Both the position numbers and the translations under genes were made by a program. The notes beneath the pieces were generated by a model, which saw only the letters and a list, made by a program, of their open reading frames with translations, searched no databases and had not been told where the DNA came from. 64,000 nt of DNA from Planctomycetota bacterium. Lineage in GTDB: Bacteria > Planctomycetota > MHYJ01 > WSZJ01. Shown piece after piece: positions 36,836 to 45,956 of the stretch (within the stretch, counting starts at the first letter, position 1; each line of letters opens with the position of its first letter). The stretch is taken from contig WSZJ01000008.1 of NCBI GenBank assembly GCA_009773755.1, positions 9,160-73,159 on the forward strand. Direction: 5' to 3'.

Positions 36836-38595
36836 TCGTACCTCAGGGCTTCGATGGGGTTGAGGCGTGCGGCTTTCCACGAGGGCCAGAGGGCGGCGAG
36901 GAGGCAGACGAACAGGGTCGCGCCGACGACGAGGGCCCAGACGGGCGGGTCCATCTGGTGGGGGATGCGGTCGAGGAGGTAGATGTTCTTGGGGAAGGGG
37001 TACCAGCCGGTGCGTTCGTAGAGCCAGTCGGCGAGCGGGTTGAGGTGGTCGAGGACGTACTTGGCGCTTCCCAGGCCGAGGCCGCACCCGAGGATTCCGA
37101 TGACCATGCCTTCGCCGAGGAAGATGGTCATGACGCCTCCGACGGTGGCGCCCTGGGCGCGGAGGATGCCGATGTCACGGGTTTTCTCGGTGACGAGCAT
37201 GGAGAGGATCGCGAGGATCGAGAAGGCGGCCATGATGACGATGAAGAACATGATGACGCCGGTGAGGGTGCGCTCGACGGCGACGGCCTGGAGGAGGATC
37301 GCTTTCTCGGCCTGCCAGGTGATGACGCCGTGGCGGCCGCCGAGGCCTTTGCGGATCCGGTCGGCGACACTTTCCGCGTCGTCGTAGTTCCTGATCCGGA
37401 CGCGGAGCCTGTTGACCCGGCCGGCCTGGATGCGCCCTTCGGCGTCCAGAATCGGCTCCCTGGTTTTGGCGTCGATGAGGCATTCGCGAAGCGAACGCTG
37501 CACGAATTCCAGCGGGGCGTAGACGATCGAGGTGTCGTATTCGTTCATGCCGGAGTTGAAAGAGCCGACGATGCCAAGTCTGGCGTTGGTCGGATCGATT
37601 CGCTTGTCGCCGATGCCTCGATCGCGCGCGTCCTCGGGGGTGATCGTCGTCACGGAAATCGACCGGCCGATGTAGGGATCCTGGACGCGCGAGACGAGCG
37701 CGAGGCGCGCGCCAGGGCCGGGCTCGATCGTGATTACCCCGGCGGCCCGGACGTTTTCGCCGCCGGGCTCGACGAGAATCTCCGCCTCCGTGAAGACGCG
37801 CAACCAGCGCCGCTGGTCGGACGGAAGCCGGTGCCACGCCTCCCGGTAAGCTGCTTCCGGCGGCAGCGCTTTGCCGAAGACGACCACGACGCACGGGCGC
37901 GTTTCCCCCTTGGGGTCGTAGGCGAGGAGGCGGAATGCCCGCTCCAGCGCGCCCGCCCAGTCTTTCACGGAGGCGTCTTTCCGGGATTTCAGCCACTCGG
38001 CGCCGGCGTGCAGCTCGCGCTCTTCGCCGCCGGAGTTGAGCTCGCCTGTCCACTCGGCGTCCCCTACGAGCAGTTCAAACTTGTCCTTTGGATTGACGGT
38101 GAAGAGCGCGCTGGCCGCAGAATCGACGGCGCCGGCTCCGTCGCAGACAAAGATGATGTCCTTGTGGCGGTGGTTCGCAAGAACTCCGGAGCCGATGATG
38201 CAGGGGCCCCAGTCGGGAGGTAGCGTCTGCTTCGAGAAATTCGTGAAGTCGGGCGGATGGCCGTCGAGCATGTGTTCTGCAAACCCGCTGACCTGTCTTT
38301 CGAGATCGGGAATGATTCCCACGAGCGTGGCGGGCTGGGGGGACTGGCCGTGGCTGATCATGATCGGCCACTCGAGCTGGGGGGAAATGGCGATGACTTC
38401 GTCCGGCGCCACGGCCCGGACCTTTTTCGCGAGCTCTTCCCAGTTCTCCATGGAGCCGAGGCGCGAAGCGGGTGACGACGTCACCGTGATGTGCGCCGTC
38501 ATCCCCCGGATGCGCGCCCGGAGGTCCCGCGCGAACCCGCCCATGACGCTCGTCACGATGAGGAGCGTCATGACGCCGAACCAGACGCCGATCAC
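36832..38595 (-). CDS. FtsX/LolC/E-family ABC permease with an enlarged periplasmic domain
   Basis: The C-terminal FtsX pattern is three TM helices (VIMFFIVIMAAFSILAI...GILRAQGAT...). The conserved N-terminal segment LFLALRYLRKRPISFLSV lies in frame upstream of the GTG at 38595, up to the stop at 38677-38679, so the true start is unresolved. Confidence 0.75.
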   Translation of the reverse strand: MIGVWFGVMTLLIVTSVMGGFARDLRARIRGMTAHITVTSSPASRLGSMENWEELAKKVRAVAPDEVIAISPQLEWPIMISHGQSPQPATLVGIIPDLERQVSGFAEHMLDGHPPDFTNFSKQTLPPDWGPCIIGSGVLANHRHKDIIFVCDGAGAVDSAASALFTVNPKDKFELLVGDAEWTGELNSGGEERELHAGAEWLKSRKDASVKDWAGALERAFRLLAYDPKGETRPCVVVVFGKALPPEAAYREAWHRLPSDQRRWLRVFTEAEILVEPGGENVRAAGVITIEPGPGARLALVSRVQDPYIGRSISVTTITPEDARDRGIGDKRIDPTNARLGIVGSFNSGMNEYDTSIVYAPLEFVQRSLRECLIDAKTREPILDAEGRIQAGRVNRLRVRIRNYDDAESVADRIRKGLGGRHGVITWQAEKAILLQAVAVERTLTGVIMFFIVIMAAFSILAILSMLVTEKTRDIGILRAQGATVGGVMTIFLGEGMVIGILGCGLGLGSAKYVLDHLNPLADWLYERTGWYPFPKNIYLLDRIPHQMDPPVWALVVGATLFVCLLAALWPSWKAARLNPIEALRYE

Positions 38596-38680
38596 CGAGA
38601 GGAAGCTGATCGGGCGTTTGCGGAGGTAACGGAGGGCGAGGAACAGTTTGTACAGGGCGGAGTGCCGAAAAGGTGGTTAG

Positions 38681-38860
38681 GGAAAAACGGCAACGACAAA
38701 TCCCAAATCCCAACTCCAACTCCAAATCCCAAGGTGCTGATTGCACGAACGGTGAGGCCTGGGAACCCGGAGCAAATCTCTAGAGGTACACCTTGTTCAA
38801 CGGCTTTTTGGGATTTAGGGTTGGAGTTGGGATTTGGGGTTGTCCTGGTCGTTTTCCCAC
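38681..38860. repeat. Imperfect inverted repeat of AAATCCC/AACTCC units with a 75-nt spacer
   Basis: The core arms are 38696-38732 (ACAAATCCCAAATCCCAACTCCAACTCCAAATCCCAA) and 38808-38843 (TTGGGATTTAGGGTTGGAGTTGGGATTTGGGGTTGT). The flanks GGGAAAAACGGCAACG and CCTGGTCGTTTTCCC are partly complementary. The element sits between the lysS stop and the permease start. Confidence 0.85.
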
Positions 38861-38864
38861 CCCG

Positions 38865-40334
38865 TCACTCCAGATTCCTCATCAGCGGGAACAGGATCAC
38901 ATCCCGTATCGACTTGCTGTCCGTCAAAAGCATCACCACCCTATCCACGCCAATTCCGATCCCCCCCGCCGGAGGCATCCCGTGCTCCTGCGCCACCAGG
39001 AAGTCCTCATCGATCCGCTCCATCCCCTCTTCCTTCGCCGTTATCTGCCGCTCAAATCGCTCCCGCTGCTCGATCGGGTCGTTCAGCTCCGTGTAGGCGT
39101 TCGCGATTTCCATGTTCGCGATGTAGAGCTCGAAGCGCTCCACGACGCGATTGTCCGCAGCAGACCGCTTCGTCAGCGGGCTCAGCTCGACCGGGAAGTC
39201 GATGACGAAGACCGGACCCGAGAGGTCCGCCTCGACCAGGTGCTCCCACACGTCGTTCGCGATCGCCTCGTGCGGGCGCTTCCCCACCTCCAGCTTGAGC
39301 TCACGGGCCTTCGCCACCACCTTCTCGTGGTCGAACCAGTCAAAGCCCGCCTTCTCCTGGAACAGGTCGAGGTACTTCTTTCGCGGCCACGGCGGCGTGA
39401 AGTCGAATTCGCGGCCGTCGAAAGGGACGCGGCCCGTCGTGGAGGTGAGCCGCGAGAGGTGCATGAGCAGCCCCTCCGTCAATTCCATCATCCCGTTGTA
39501 GTCGCTGTACGCCCAGTACAGCTCGCACATCGTGAACTCGGGATTGTGCCGCGGGCTGATCCCCTCATTGCGGAAGTTCCTGTTGATCTCGAACACCTTC
39601 TCCATCCCGCCCACCAGCAGCCGCTTGAGATACAGCTCCGGCGCGATCCGCATGTACAGCTGCATGTCCAGCGCGTTGTGGTGCGTCGTAAACGGCTTCG
39701 CCGCCGCGCCGCCAGGAATCGGCTGCATCATCGGCGTCTCCACTTCGATGAACCCCCGCTCCGACAGCCAGCGCCGCCACTCCGACACGATCAGCGACCG
39801 CTTCCGGAATGTCTCCATCACCTCCGGATTCGAAATCAGGTCCAGGTACCGCTGCCGGTACCGGATCTCCACGTTCTGCAGGCCGTGCCACTTTTCGGGA
39901 AGCGGCCGCAGCGACTTCGTCAGGACGCGGAACTCCATGACTTCAACGGTGGTTTCGCCGGTTTTCGTCTTGAAAAGCTTCCCCTTGACGCCGATCAGGT
40001 CGCCGAGGTCGAGCAGATTGAACAGCTCCATCGCGGCGTCGCCGACGATGTCCTTCTTCACGTAGAGCTGGATCTTTCCGGTCCAGTCGCGCAGGTCGAG
40101 GAAGTTCGCCTTCCCGAACTGCCGGCGTCCCGTGATGCGACCCGCGACCGAAACCTCGCGCCCCTCCTCGTACGCCGCGACGATGGGCCCGATGGAAGCG
40201 GTTCCGTCGTGGCGCCCGCCCCACGGGTCGATCCCTTTTGCCTTCACCGCGTCCATGTGCGCGCGCCGGTCCGCGAGGAGCTTCTCCTCCGGCCGGGGAC
40301 CTCCTGTCGTTTCCTTCTTTTCCTGCTCGCTCAT
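38865..40334 (-). CDS. lysS: Lysine--tRNA ligase (class II)
   Basis: The ATG at 40334 (MSEQEKK) starts the gene. Motifs YRQRYLDL, FIEVETPMMQ, FRNEG and GIGIGVDRVVMLL are present. 489 aa. Confidence 0.95.
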   Translation of the reverse strand: MSEQEKKETTGGPRPEEKLLADRRAHMDAVKAKGIDPWGGRHDGTASIGPIVAAYEEGREVSVAGRITGRRQFGKANFLDLRDWTGKIQLYVKKDIVGDAAMELFNLLDLGDLIGVKGKLFKTKTGETTVEVMEFRVLTKSLRPLPEKWHGLQNVEIRYRQRYLDLISNPEVMETFRKRSLIVSEWRRWLSERGFIEVETPMMQPIPGGAAAKPFTTHHNALDMQLYMRIAPELYLKRLLVGGMEKVFEINRNFRNEGISPRHNPEFTMCELYWAYSDYNGMMELTEGLLMHLSRLTSTTGRVPFDGREFDFTPPWPRKKYLDLFQEKAGFDWFDHEKVVAKARELKLEVGKRPHEAIANDVWEHLVEADLSGPVFVIDFPVELSPLTKRSAADNRVVERFELYIANMEIANAYTELNDPIEQRERFERQITAKEEGMERIDEDFLVAQEHGMPPAGGIGIGVDRVVMLLTDSKSIRDVILFPLMRNLE

Positions 40335-40711
40335 TCTTTTTTCCGCTTCTCCTCGACGACCGCCTGCACGACTCCGTTCAGCTTCTGGGCAAGCGCTTCG
40401 TACGCCTTTTGCGCCGCGACCAGTTGTTGAACAACCTTGCACGCGTCGAGGTTCGCCTGCACTTGCGCAATCCGCTTCGCTTCCGCCGGATCGAGCACTT
40501 TCCCCAGCCGCTTCAATTCCTGAATTTGCGCTCCCGCGTCCTGTGCGGATTTCACGAGCGCCTGGGCGACCGCGTCGGCCGCGTAGGCCCTTTCCCAACG
40601 CACCAGCTCGGCAAACTCAGGGCTGCCGGCGAGCGCTTCGCCAAGCCTGCGGGCGGTTTCTTCGAGGGTCATGGAGCGGCGGAGTGTATGAGGGGGTGGA
40701 AGCGGGGTCAA
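40331..40711 (-). CDS. Small helical protein, YlbF/YmcA-like (tentative)
   Basis: About 113-126 aa, all-helical and Ala/Gln-rich with heptad-like spacing. The stop overlaps the lysS ATG (ATGA). The family call is weak. Confidence 0.4.
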   Translation of the reverse strand: MTPLPPPHTLRRSMTLEETARRLGEALAGSPEFAELVRWERAYAADAVAQALVKSAQDAGAQIQELKRLGKVLDPAEAKRIAQVQANLDACKVVQQLVAAQKAYEALAQKLNGVVQAVVEEKRKKE

Positions 40712-40723
40712 TTCGGACCGGCG

Positions 40724-43700
40724 CTACTTCGCCAGGAGGCGCTTGAGCGATCCCGCGCGCGCCGCTTCCGCGACGGCGAGCGCTTCGACCTCTCTGTCGC
40801 CGTGAATGACGGCGACGGCCCACATCCAGGCGATGGCGGAGGGGGTGCGCGGGGACAGGGATCGGTGGATGCGCGCGAGTTCCAGCACCGTCCCCCGTTC
40901 GCGCGAGACCTTTGCGGCCTCGGCGGCGCGAGGGCTGCCGGCCAGCTCGAGAGCCATCGAATCCGAAATCCCGGAGGTTTCGAGGGAAGCGCCGAACGAG
41001 CGCTCGCTGAGCTCCTTCATGCGATGGACCTCGGGCCATTGGGCCAGCTTGCCGGCCACGTCGCGGTTCTTCCGGGCGTAAGCCCAGAGCGCCAGCATCG
41101 AGTATTTCGCTTCGACCCGGATCGCCTTGAATTCCGGATCTTCTCCCTCGAGTTTGTCAGCTGCAGCCCAGGCGTGAGCTTCCGTGACCATGTCGCGCGT
41201 GTCCGAGGTGTCGAAGGTCTTGAGCGCTTCCTCGGCCGCGACGATCGCTTCCCCGGTCGTGGCGCCCTTCACTCCCATCGCCACGGCCCGCAGGAATATG
41301 TCTGACTGACCCTTCAGGGCGTAAGCGAGCGTCGGGGCGTGCCCGGCCGCGCGCGCCCGTGTCACGCGCTTCGCCGCGAACGCGACCGCCCGTTCCATCT
41401 GCCGGATGTCGTCCGGGGTGTACTCCTTGCGCGCCAGGCGCTCGTTCCGCGCCGCCGCCTCAGGAAACGCGGGAGGGGACGCCTCCAGCGCTTCGCGCAG
41501 CCGTTTCAGGCGCGGCACGTCGGACGCCGCCGAGGCAAATTCCATCTGGACGCTGAAGCCGGTGGACTGATCGGGAGCGAGGAGCGCGGCGCGCTCGCCG
41601 AGGTCGGCGGCTTCCCGAAGCTCGGGCTGTGCCGAGACGCGCTTCCTCCAGTCTTCCCGGTCCGGCGCCGGGACGATGTACGGCCCCCAGTCGTCCGAGG
41701 GCATTTCCTGGAGGACGTCGACGCGAAGCGCGGTGCCGGTCAGGGTGCTCCAGCCGAAGTGGGCCATGCTGGCGACCGCGTTGGTGGTAAGGAGGGGGTT
41801 TTCGGGATTGAGGGCGAGCGCCTTGCGGAACGATTTCATGGCGTCGCGCAGAAGCGCCGGGTCGCCGGTGGCGAGGAAGGCGGTTTCGTAATTCACGCCC
41901 GCGTTGTTGAGCGAAGACGCCTGGTCGGTGTGTTTTTCCCAGTACGCGGCGGCCTGTTTGAGCAGCGGCACGGCCTCGGCGGCCTTCCCTTCTTCCATCA
42001 GCTTCCGCGCTTTCGTCTCGGCGATCATAGTGGCGACGTAGGGGTCGTCCTGCTGGCAGCGTCCGAGCCAGAGTAGTTCATCGTCGGAGTCTTGCGAGAC
42101 GAGGGCGCGAAGGGCGGCCGCGTGGGACTTCGCCGGGTCTTTCGGCAGCGTCGCCCACGCTTTCTCGAGAATGCGCGCGGCGGCGTCGGTGCGGCCGACT
42201 TCCCGGAGCGAATCGCCGAGTTCCGTGAGGATCAGCCCGTCCGGCGACTTCTCGAGCTTGTCGATCAGCGCGTCGGCTTCCTCGTTGCGCCCGAGCCAGA
42301 GGAACACCTGCACGAGCGCGAGATCGTCGCCGTCGTCGCCCCCGGAGACCTTGCGCAGATCGCGGAAGAGCCGCTCGGCTTCGGCGAGTTCGGTCTTGCG
42401 AGATTGCCCCGGGGGAAGCGCGCGCCCAGCGGAGAGGCGCACCATCGCGAGTTCGCGGGCCGCGATGCGGGCGTCCGCGTGCTCGCGGATCTTCGCGGCG
42501 AGTTCCCGCATCTTCGGCGCGCGGTCGACGTTGGTCTGGACCCACGCGGTGGCCTCTTCCTGCGCCTGGCCCTCCGGAAGAGCGTTGAGGCGCTTGACGA
42601 GCCCCTGGTCGATGCCTCGATTGAGCTGTTCCCAGAAGTGTTTCGTCAGCGACTCATTCTCCTTCTCCCAGGCCTGCCAGGCGGCGACGAAGGGCGGGAA
42701 GTGCTCGTTTACGAACGGGGAAAGCAGGTTGATGGCGTCCTGCGAGCGGCCGGCGCGCGCGTAAGAAACGCCGAGCCAGATGCGGGTCCCCGGGACGCCT
42801 TTGGACCGTTCCCCGATGGAGATCGCGCGGTCGGGTTCGCCCATGCCGAGCAGCCCCTGCATCGCCAGGGCGGCCATCTCGCCGTCGTCGGGAAACGCCT
42901 CGGCGGAAGCGATGGCGTGCGGGATCGTGAGGGTGAACGGGTATTTCTCCGGATCGGCGTCGTTGAGCTCGCTGTACGCAACCGCGAGTCGTCGCTCGAT
43001 GCCGGCCGCGTGCCAGGCATCCTGCGGCGCCTCCAGCTCGGCCACCTTTTTCGCGGCCTCGAGCATCGGAAGCCTCTTCGCCGCGCTTTCCTGCGCGTCC
43101 GCGTCGAGCATGGCGAGCAGCGCGGCGGGTAGCCGGGAGCGAAGAGGCAGCAGGTCAGCGCCGGCTTCGCGCCCGAGCCACGCATCGCGGGCGCGGAGGA
43201 GAAGCACGGGACGCGCGGCCTCCGCAGAGGCGGCGCCCAGGTAGACCAGCGCGTCCGCCTTCCAGCCCGGGTAGCGCTTGCGTTCGAGCTCACGGCCGAA
43301 CGAAGCGACCAGGTCCGAGGGAGGAGAACTTCCCTCATGCCAGGCGAGAACGGCCGCCTGCGTCGGCGGCCAGGGATGGCGCGCGCAGAATTTCAGCCCG
43401 GCCTGAAGATGCGGCCGGGATGCGATCGCGGGGCTCAGCTCCCGCGCCCAGTCGATGAGATCCCGCGGTGCCTGCGCCACCCGTTGATACGCGGCGGCGG
43501 AGTCCGGCGACGCTTCCGGATCCGGCAGACCCGGCCACGCAACCCGGTCGAGGCAACGGTCGACCGCCTTGAACAGCGCTTCGCCGAACCACGCCGTCGT
43601 TGTCGCCCGGGGCCACGACCAGATCTTCTTCCCCACGCCTTTCTGCACGAACTCCACCACCGCGTTCGCATCCGGCAGCCGGTCGAGCTCGCCGACTGCC

Positions 43701-44656
43701 GCGGCGCGCGCGATTTCGCCCGCCTTGCTCCGGATCTTTTCGTTCCGGGAAATCGTCGGCAGATAGAGCGCTTCCACCGCCTCGCGGTGCTTCCCCGCCT
43801 TCTCGAATTCCTCCGCGCGCGCCAGGTCGCGCTTCTGGAGCTCCTCCTGCTCGTCATGAAGCGCCGAGCGCACGCCGAGGAAGGTGAGGAGCGCGACGGC
43901 TGCGAGGGAGAAGCCGCGGGCCCAGCGGGCGAAGGCGGTGAGTGGGACGCGACCGAAGAACGTGGTGCCTTCGCCGGCTGCGCAGACGACGTAAGAGGTG
44001 AGTGGAAATACAGGAATGAAGAGCGCCGAAAGGCAGAGGGTCGAGACGTAGGTGCCGTCCGACTGACAGCTGCTGCGGCCGTAGAGTCCGACGCCGAAGC
44101 CGTTGATCCGGAAGAGCGGAGGAGCGGAGTTGATCGGGGCCATGAGGAGCCGCGGCTCGTCGAGCCATCGCTGGATACGGGCCTTCCCCGCCGGGCTGGT
44201 GGCCGCGGCGCGAATCTGCAGCAGTTTCCCGCGCGCTTTCCCGAGCCGTCCTTCGCGCGCCATCGCCGCGACGTCCATCAGCCCCATCGCGACCCCGGGG
44301 TCGTTGCGGTCCTGCTCGAGGATGAACTTCATCTCGTCCGATCGGGCTTCCCGCGCCGCTTCCTCCTGCCACTTCACCGACATCTCCGCCGACCCTCCCT
44401 GCCGGAGGTTCAGAATCGCAGCCTTCCGAAGAACCTGGGCGTAACCGTCGCGCAGGTCGTTCGCCGCTGCAGGGCCGGTCTTGTCCAGCTCCCGGGCCGC
44501 GGGGAGAGCGATAACGCCGGCCTGCGACACGAGCGCGGCCAGGCGCGCCTCGGCGGAGCCGCCCGGCGACGAAGCGCGTTCCAGGAGGTCCAGCGCCTGG
44601 GCGAGTTCCTGAAGGGCGAGGAGGGATTCTTCGAGAAGGGGATCCACAGCGCGCAC
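40724..44656 (-). CDS. Very large (1310 aa) helical-repeat (TPR-like) protein with an internal membrane hairpin
   Basis: Continuous ORF with Ala/Leu-rich TPR-like repeats. The hydrophobic segments LCLSALFIPVFPLTSYVVCAA and FSLAAVALLTFLGV are preceded by FRINGFGVGLYG. Confidence 0.7.
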   Translation of the reverse strand: MRAVDPLLEESLLALQELAQALDLLERASSPGGSAEARLAALVSQAGVIALPAARELDKTGPAAANDLRDGYAQVLRKAAILNLRQGGSAEMSVKWQEEAAREARSDEMKFILEQDRNDPGVAMGLMDVAAMAREGRLGKARGKLLQIRAAATSPAGKARIQRWLDEPRLLMAPINSAPPLFRINGFGVGLYGRSSCQSDGTYVSTLCLSALFIPVFPLTSYVVCAAGEGTTFFGRVPLTAFARWARGFSLAAVALLTFLGVRSALHDEQEELQKRDLARAEEFEKAGKHREAVEALYLPTISRNEKIRSKAGEIARAAAVGELDRLPDANAVVEFVQKGVGKKIWSWPRATTTAWFGEALFKAVDRCLDRVAWPGLPDPEASPDSAAAYQRVAQAPRDLIDWARELSPAIASRPHLQAGLKFCARHPWPPTQAAVLAWHEGSSPPSDLVASFGRELERKRYPGWKADALVYLGAASAEAARPVLLLRARDAWLGREAGADLLPLRSRLPAALLAMLDADAQESAAKRLPMLEAAKKVAELEAPQDAWHAAGIERRLAVAYSELNDADPEKYPFTLTIPHAIASAEAFPDDGEMAALAMQGLLGMGEPDRAISIGERSKGVPGTRIWLGVSYARAGRSQDAINLLSPFVNEHFPPFVAAWQAWEKENESLTKHFWEQLNRGIDQGLVKRLNALPEGQAQEEATAWVQTNVDRAPKMRELAAKIREHADARIAARELAMVRLSAGRALPPGQSRKTELAEAERLFRDLRKVSGGDDGDDLALVQVFLWLGRNEEADALIDKLEKSPDGLILTELGDSLREVGRTDAAARILEKAWATLPKDPAKSHAAALRALVSQDSDDELLWLGRCQQDDPYVATMIAETKARKLMEEGKAAEAVPLLKQAAAYWEKHTDQASSLNNAGVNYETAFLATGDPALLRDAMKSFRKALALNPENPLLTTNAVASMAHFGWSTLTGTALRVDVLQEMPSDDWGPYIVPAPDREDWRKRVSAQPELREAADLGERAALLAPDQSTGFSVQMEFASAASDVPRLKRLREALEASPPAFPEAAARNERLARKEYTPDDIRQMERAVAFAAKRVTRARAAGHAPTLAYALKGQSDIFLRAVAMGVKGATTGEAIVAAEEALKTFDTSDTRDMVTEAHAWAAADKLEGEDPEFKAIRVEAKYSMLALWAYARKNRDVAGKLAQWPEVHRMKELSERSFGASLETSGISDSMALELAGSPRAAEAAKVSRERGTVLELARIHRSLSPRTPSAIAWMWAVAVIHGDREVEALAVAEAARAGSLKRLLAK

Positions 44657-44711
44657 TCTATCGAATCGGAACTCGGCAGCGAAATGGAGAAGTCCCGGCG
44701 TGGAGCTCTAC

Positions 44712-45269
44712 TCAGGTCCGTCGGGGCGGCGGATGGCCGACGGGATACAAGCCGACGTGGACGGCGCAGCGTTCTTCGCCGTTCCTGGGCGCGCGCTCCC
44801 GCCCCCTGGCAAACGCATCGAGAATCGCGCTGAAGCGGCGGTGGAGGCGGCGGAACTGCGCCGGGGTCGCCGAGATCCGGCTCGTCGACAGGCCGAAGAA
44901 GCGGCCCGGCTCCCGCAGGATGGCGCGGGAAGCGACACGGTGGATATCCAGCACTTCCGACAGCGAGGACCGGCGCATGAGAACGTCTTCGGCGGTCCCG
45001 TGGCGCGTCGCGAACTTCAGGCGGCGCCCGCGGGTCGAGAGGGCGAACAGCCGCTCGACGGTGCCCCGCGGTCCCGGTCGCGTCCCGGCGCGGCGCGCCA
45101 GCCCGGCCGACTCGAGCTTCCGGAGGTGGAAAGCTGCGGTCGCAGGGGCCGCGTCGATCTCCCGGCCGAGTTCCGTCTGGGTGGAGGGGCCCCGCTCGCG
45201 GAGAAGCGCGAGAAGCCGGGAGCGGACCGGGCTGGACAGTGCGCCTGCGAGAAGCGGAGCGGTTCCCAA
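44712..45269 (-). CDS. Winged-helix (ArsR-like) transcriptional regulator
   Basis: Pattern ALSSPVRSRLLALLRERGPSTQTELGREIDAAPATAAFHLRKLESAGLA. The track start is a TTG at 45269. Confidence 0.65.
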   Translation of the reverse strand: MGTAPLLAGALSSPVRSRLLALLRERGPSTQTELGREIDAAPATAAFHLRKLESAGLARRAGTRPGPRGTVERLFALSTRGRRLKFATRHGTAEDVLMRRSSLSEVLDIHRVASRAILREPGRFFGLSTSRISATPAQFRRLHRRFSAILDAFARGRERAPRNGEERCAVHVGLYPVGHPPPRRT

Positions 45270-45326
45270 TTGAGTCTCCTTTAATTGTCTATCGATTCTT
45301 TGTGACTCTATCGATTGAGACTCAAT
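45269..45326. promoter_or_regulatory. Repeat-structured short intergenic region upstream of the ArsR-like gene (candidate operator)
   Basis: A perfect 10-nt inverted repeat ATTGAGTCTC (45269-45278) / GAGACTCAAT (45317-45326) encloses two direct copies of TCTATCGATT (45288-45297 and 45307-45316). The region is AT-rich relative to its surroundings. Confidence 0.3.
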
Positions 45327-45329
45327 AAG

Positions 45330-45956
45330 TCAAGCCGTTTCCAGCTTCTCTATTTCCTCAAACCGGTCGAATACCGAGTCCGCACCGGCCATCTCCAGGG
45401 CGGCCCGTCCGGCAAACCCGTAGGCGGCCCCCCAGCACGGAATCTGCGCCGCGCGGGCCGTCTCGACGTCGACCGGCGTATCCCCGATCAGAACGGCGCG
45501 CGCGGCGCCTGTCCTCCGGAGGATCTCCCGGACGCCGGAAGGGTCCGGCTTTTTCGACGGGAGCGAATCCCCGCCCAGCGACGCGGCGAAATGCCGGGCG
45601 ATCCCCAGTCCTTCAAGAATGGCATGCGTCATCGCCTTCGGCTTGTTCGAGAGGACCGCCAGCGGCACGGAGAGCCGGGCAAGCGTGGCGGCGACTCCTT
45701 CATACAGGATCGTCGTGTCGAGCAGATGGGCTTCGTAGTGCGCCGTCCACGCGGCCATGGCAGGCGCGAAGAGATCCCGTCGCGCACCGAGGCACCGCTC
45801 GATCAGTCTTGCGGCGCCCTCGCCGACAAACGTCGTGATGCGGTCGACCGCGATTTCCGCAAGCCCGACCACCCGAAGCGCGTGATTCGCCGCAGCCGCG
45901 ATATCCAGCCGCGTCTCCGCAAGCGTCCCGTCCAGGTCGAAAATCAGGACGCGCAT
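45330..45956 (-). CDS. HAD-superfamily phosphatase (phosphoglycolate phosphatase-like)
   Basis: Motif I FDLDGTL, with motifs SNK and GD.P.D downstream. The ATG at 45956 (MRVLIFDLDGT) is preferred. Confidence 0.8.
   Translation of the reverse strand: MRVLIFDLDGTLAETRLDIAAAANHALRVVGLAEIAVDRITTFVGEGAARLIERCLGARRDLFAPAMAAWTAHYEAHLLDTTILYEGVAATLARLSVPLAVLSNKPKAMTHAILEGLGIARHFAASLGGDSLPSKKPDPSGVREILRRTGAARAVLIGDTPVDVETARAAQIPCWGAAYGFAGRAALEMAGADSVFDRFEEIEKLETA

Noticed and set aside
38793-40430. 545-aa plus-strand ORF
   Set aside because: It is antisense to lysS. The translation is rich in Arg, Leu, Pro and His with no motif.
43337-44833. 498-aa plus-strand ORF
   Set aside because: It is antisense to the 1310-aa helical-repeat gene and is Arg/Pro-rich.
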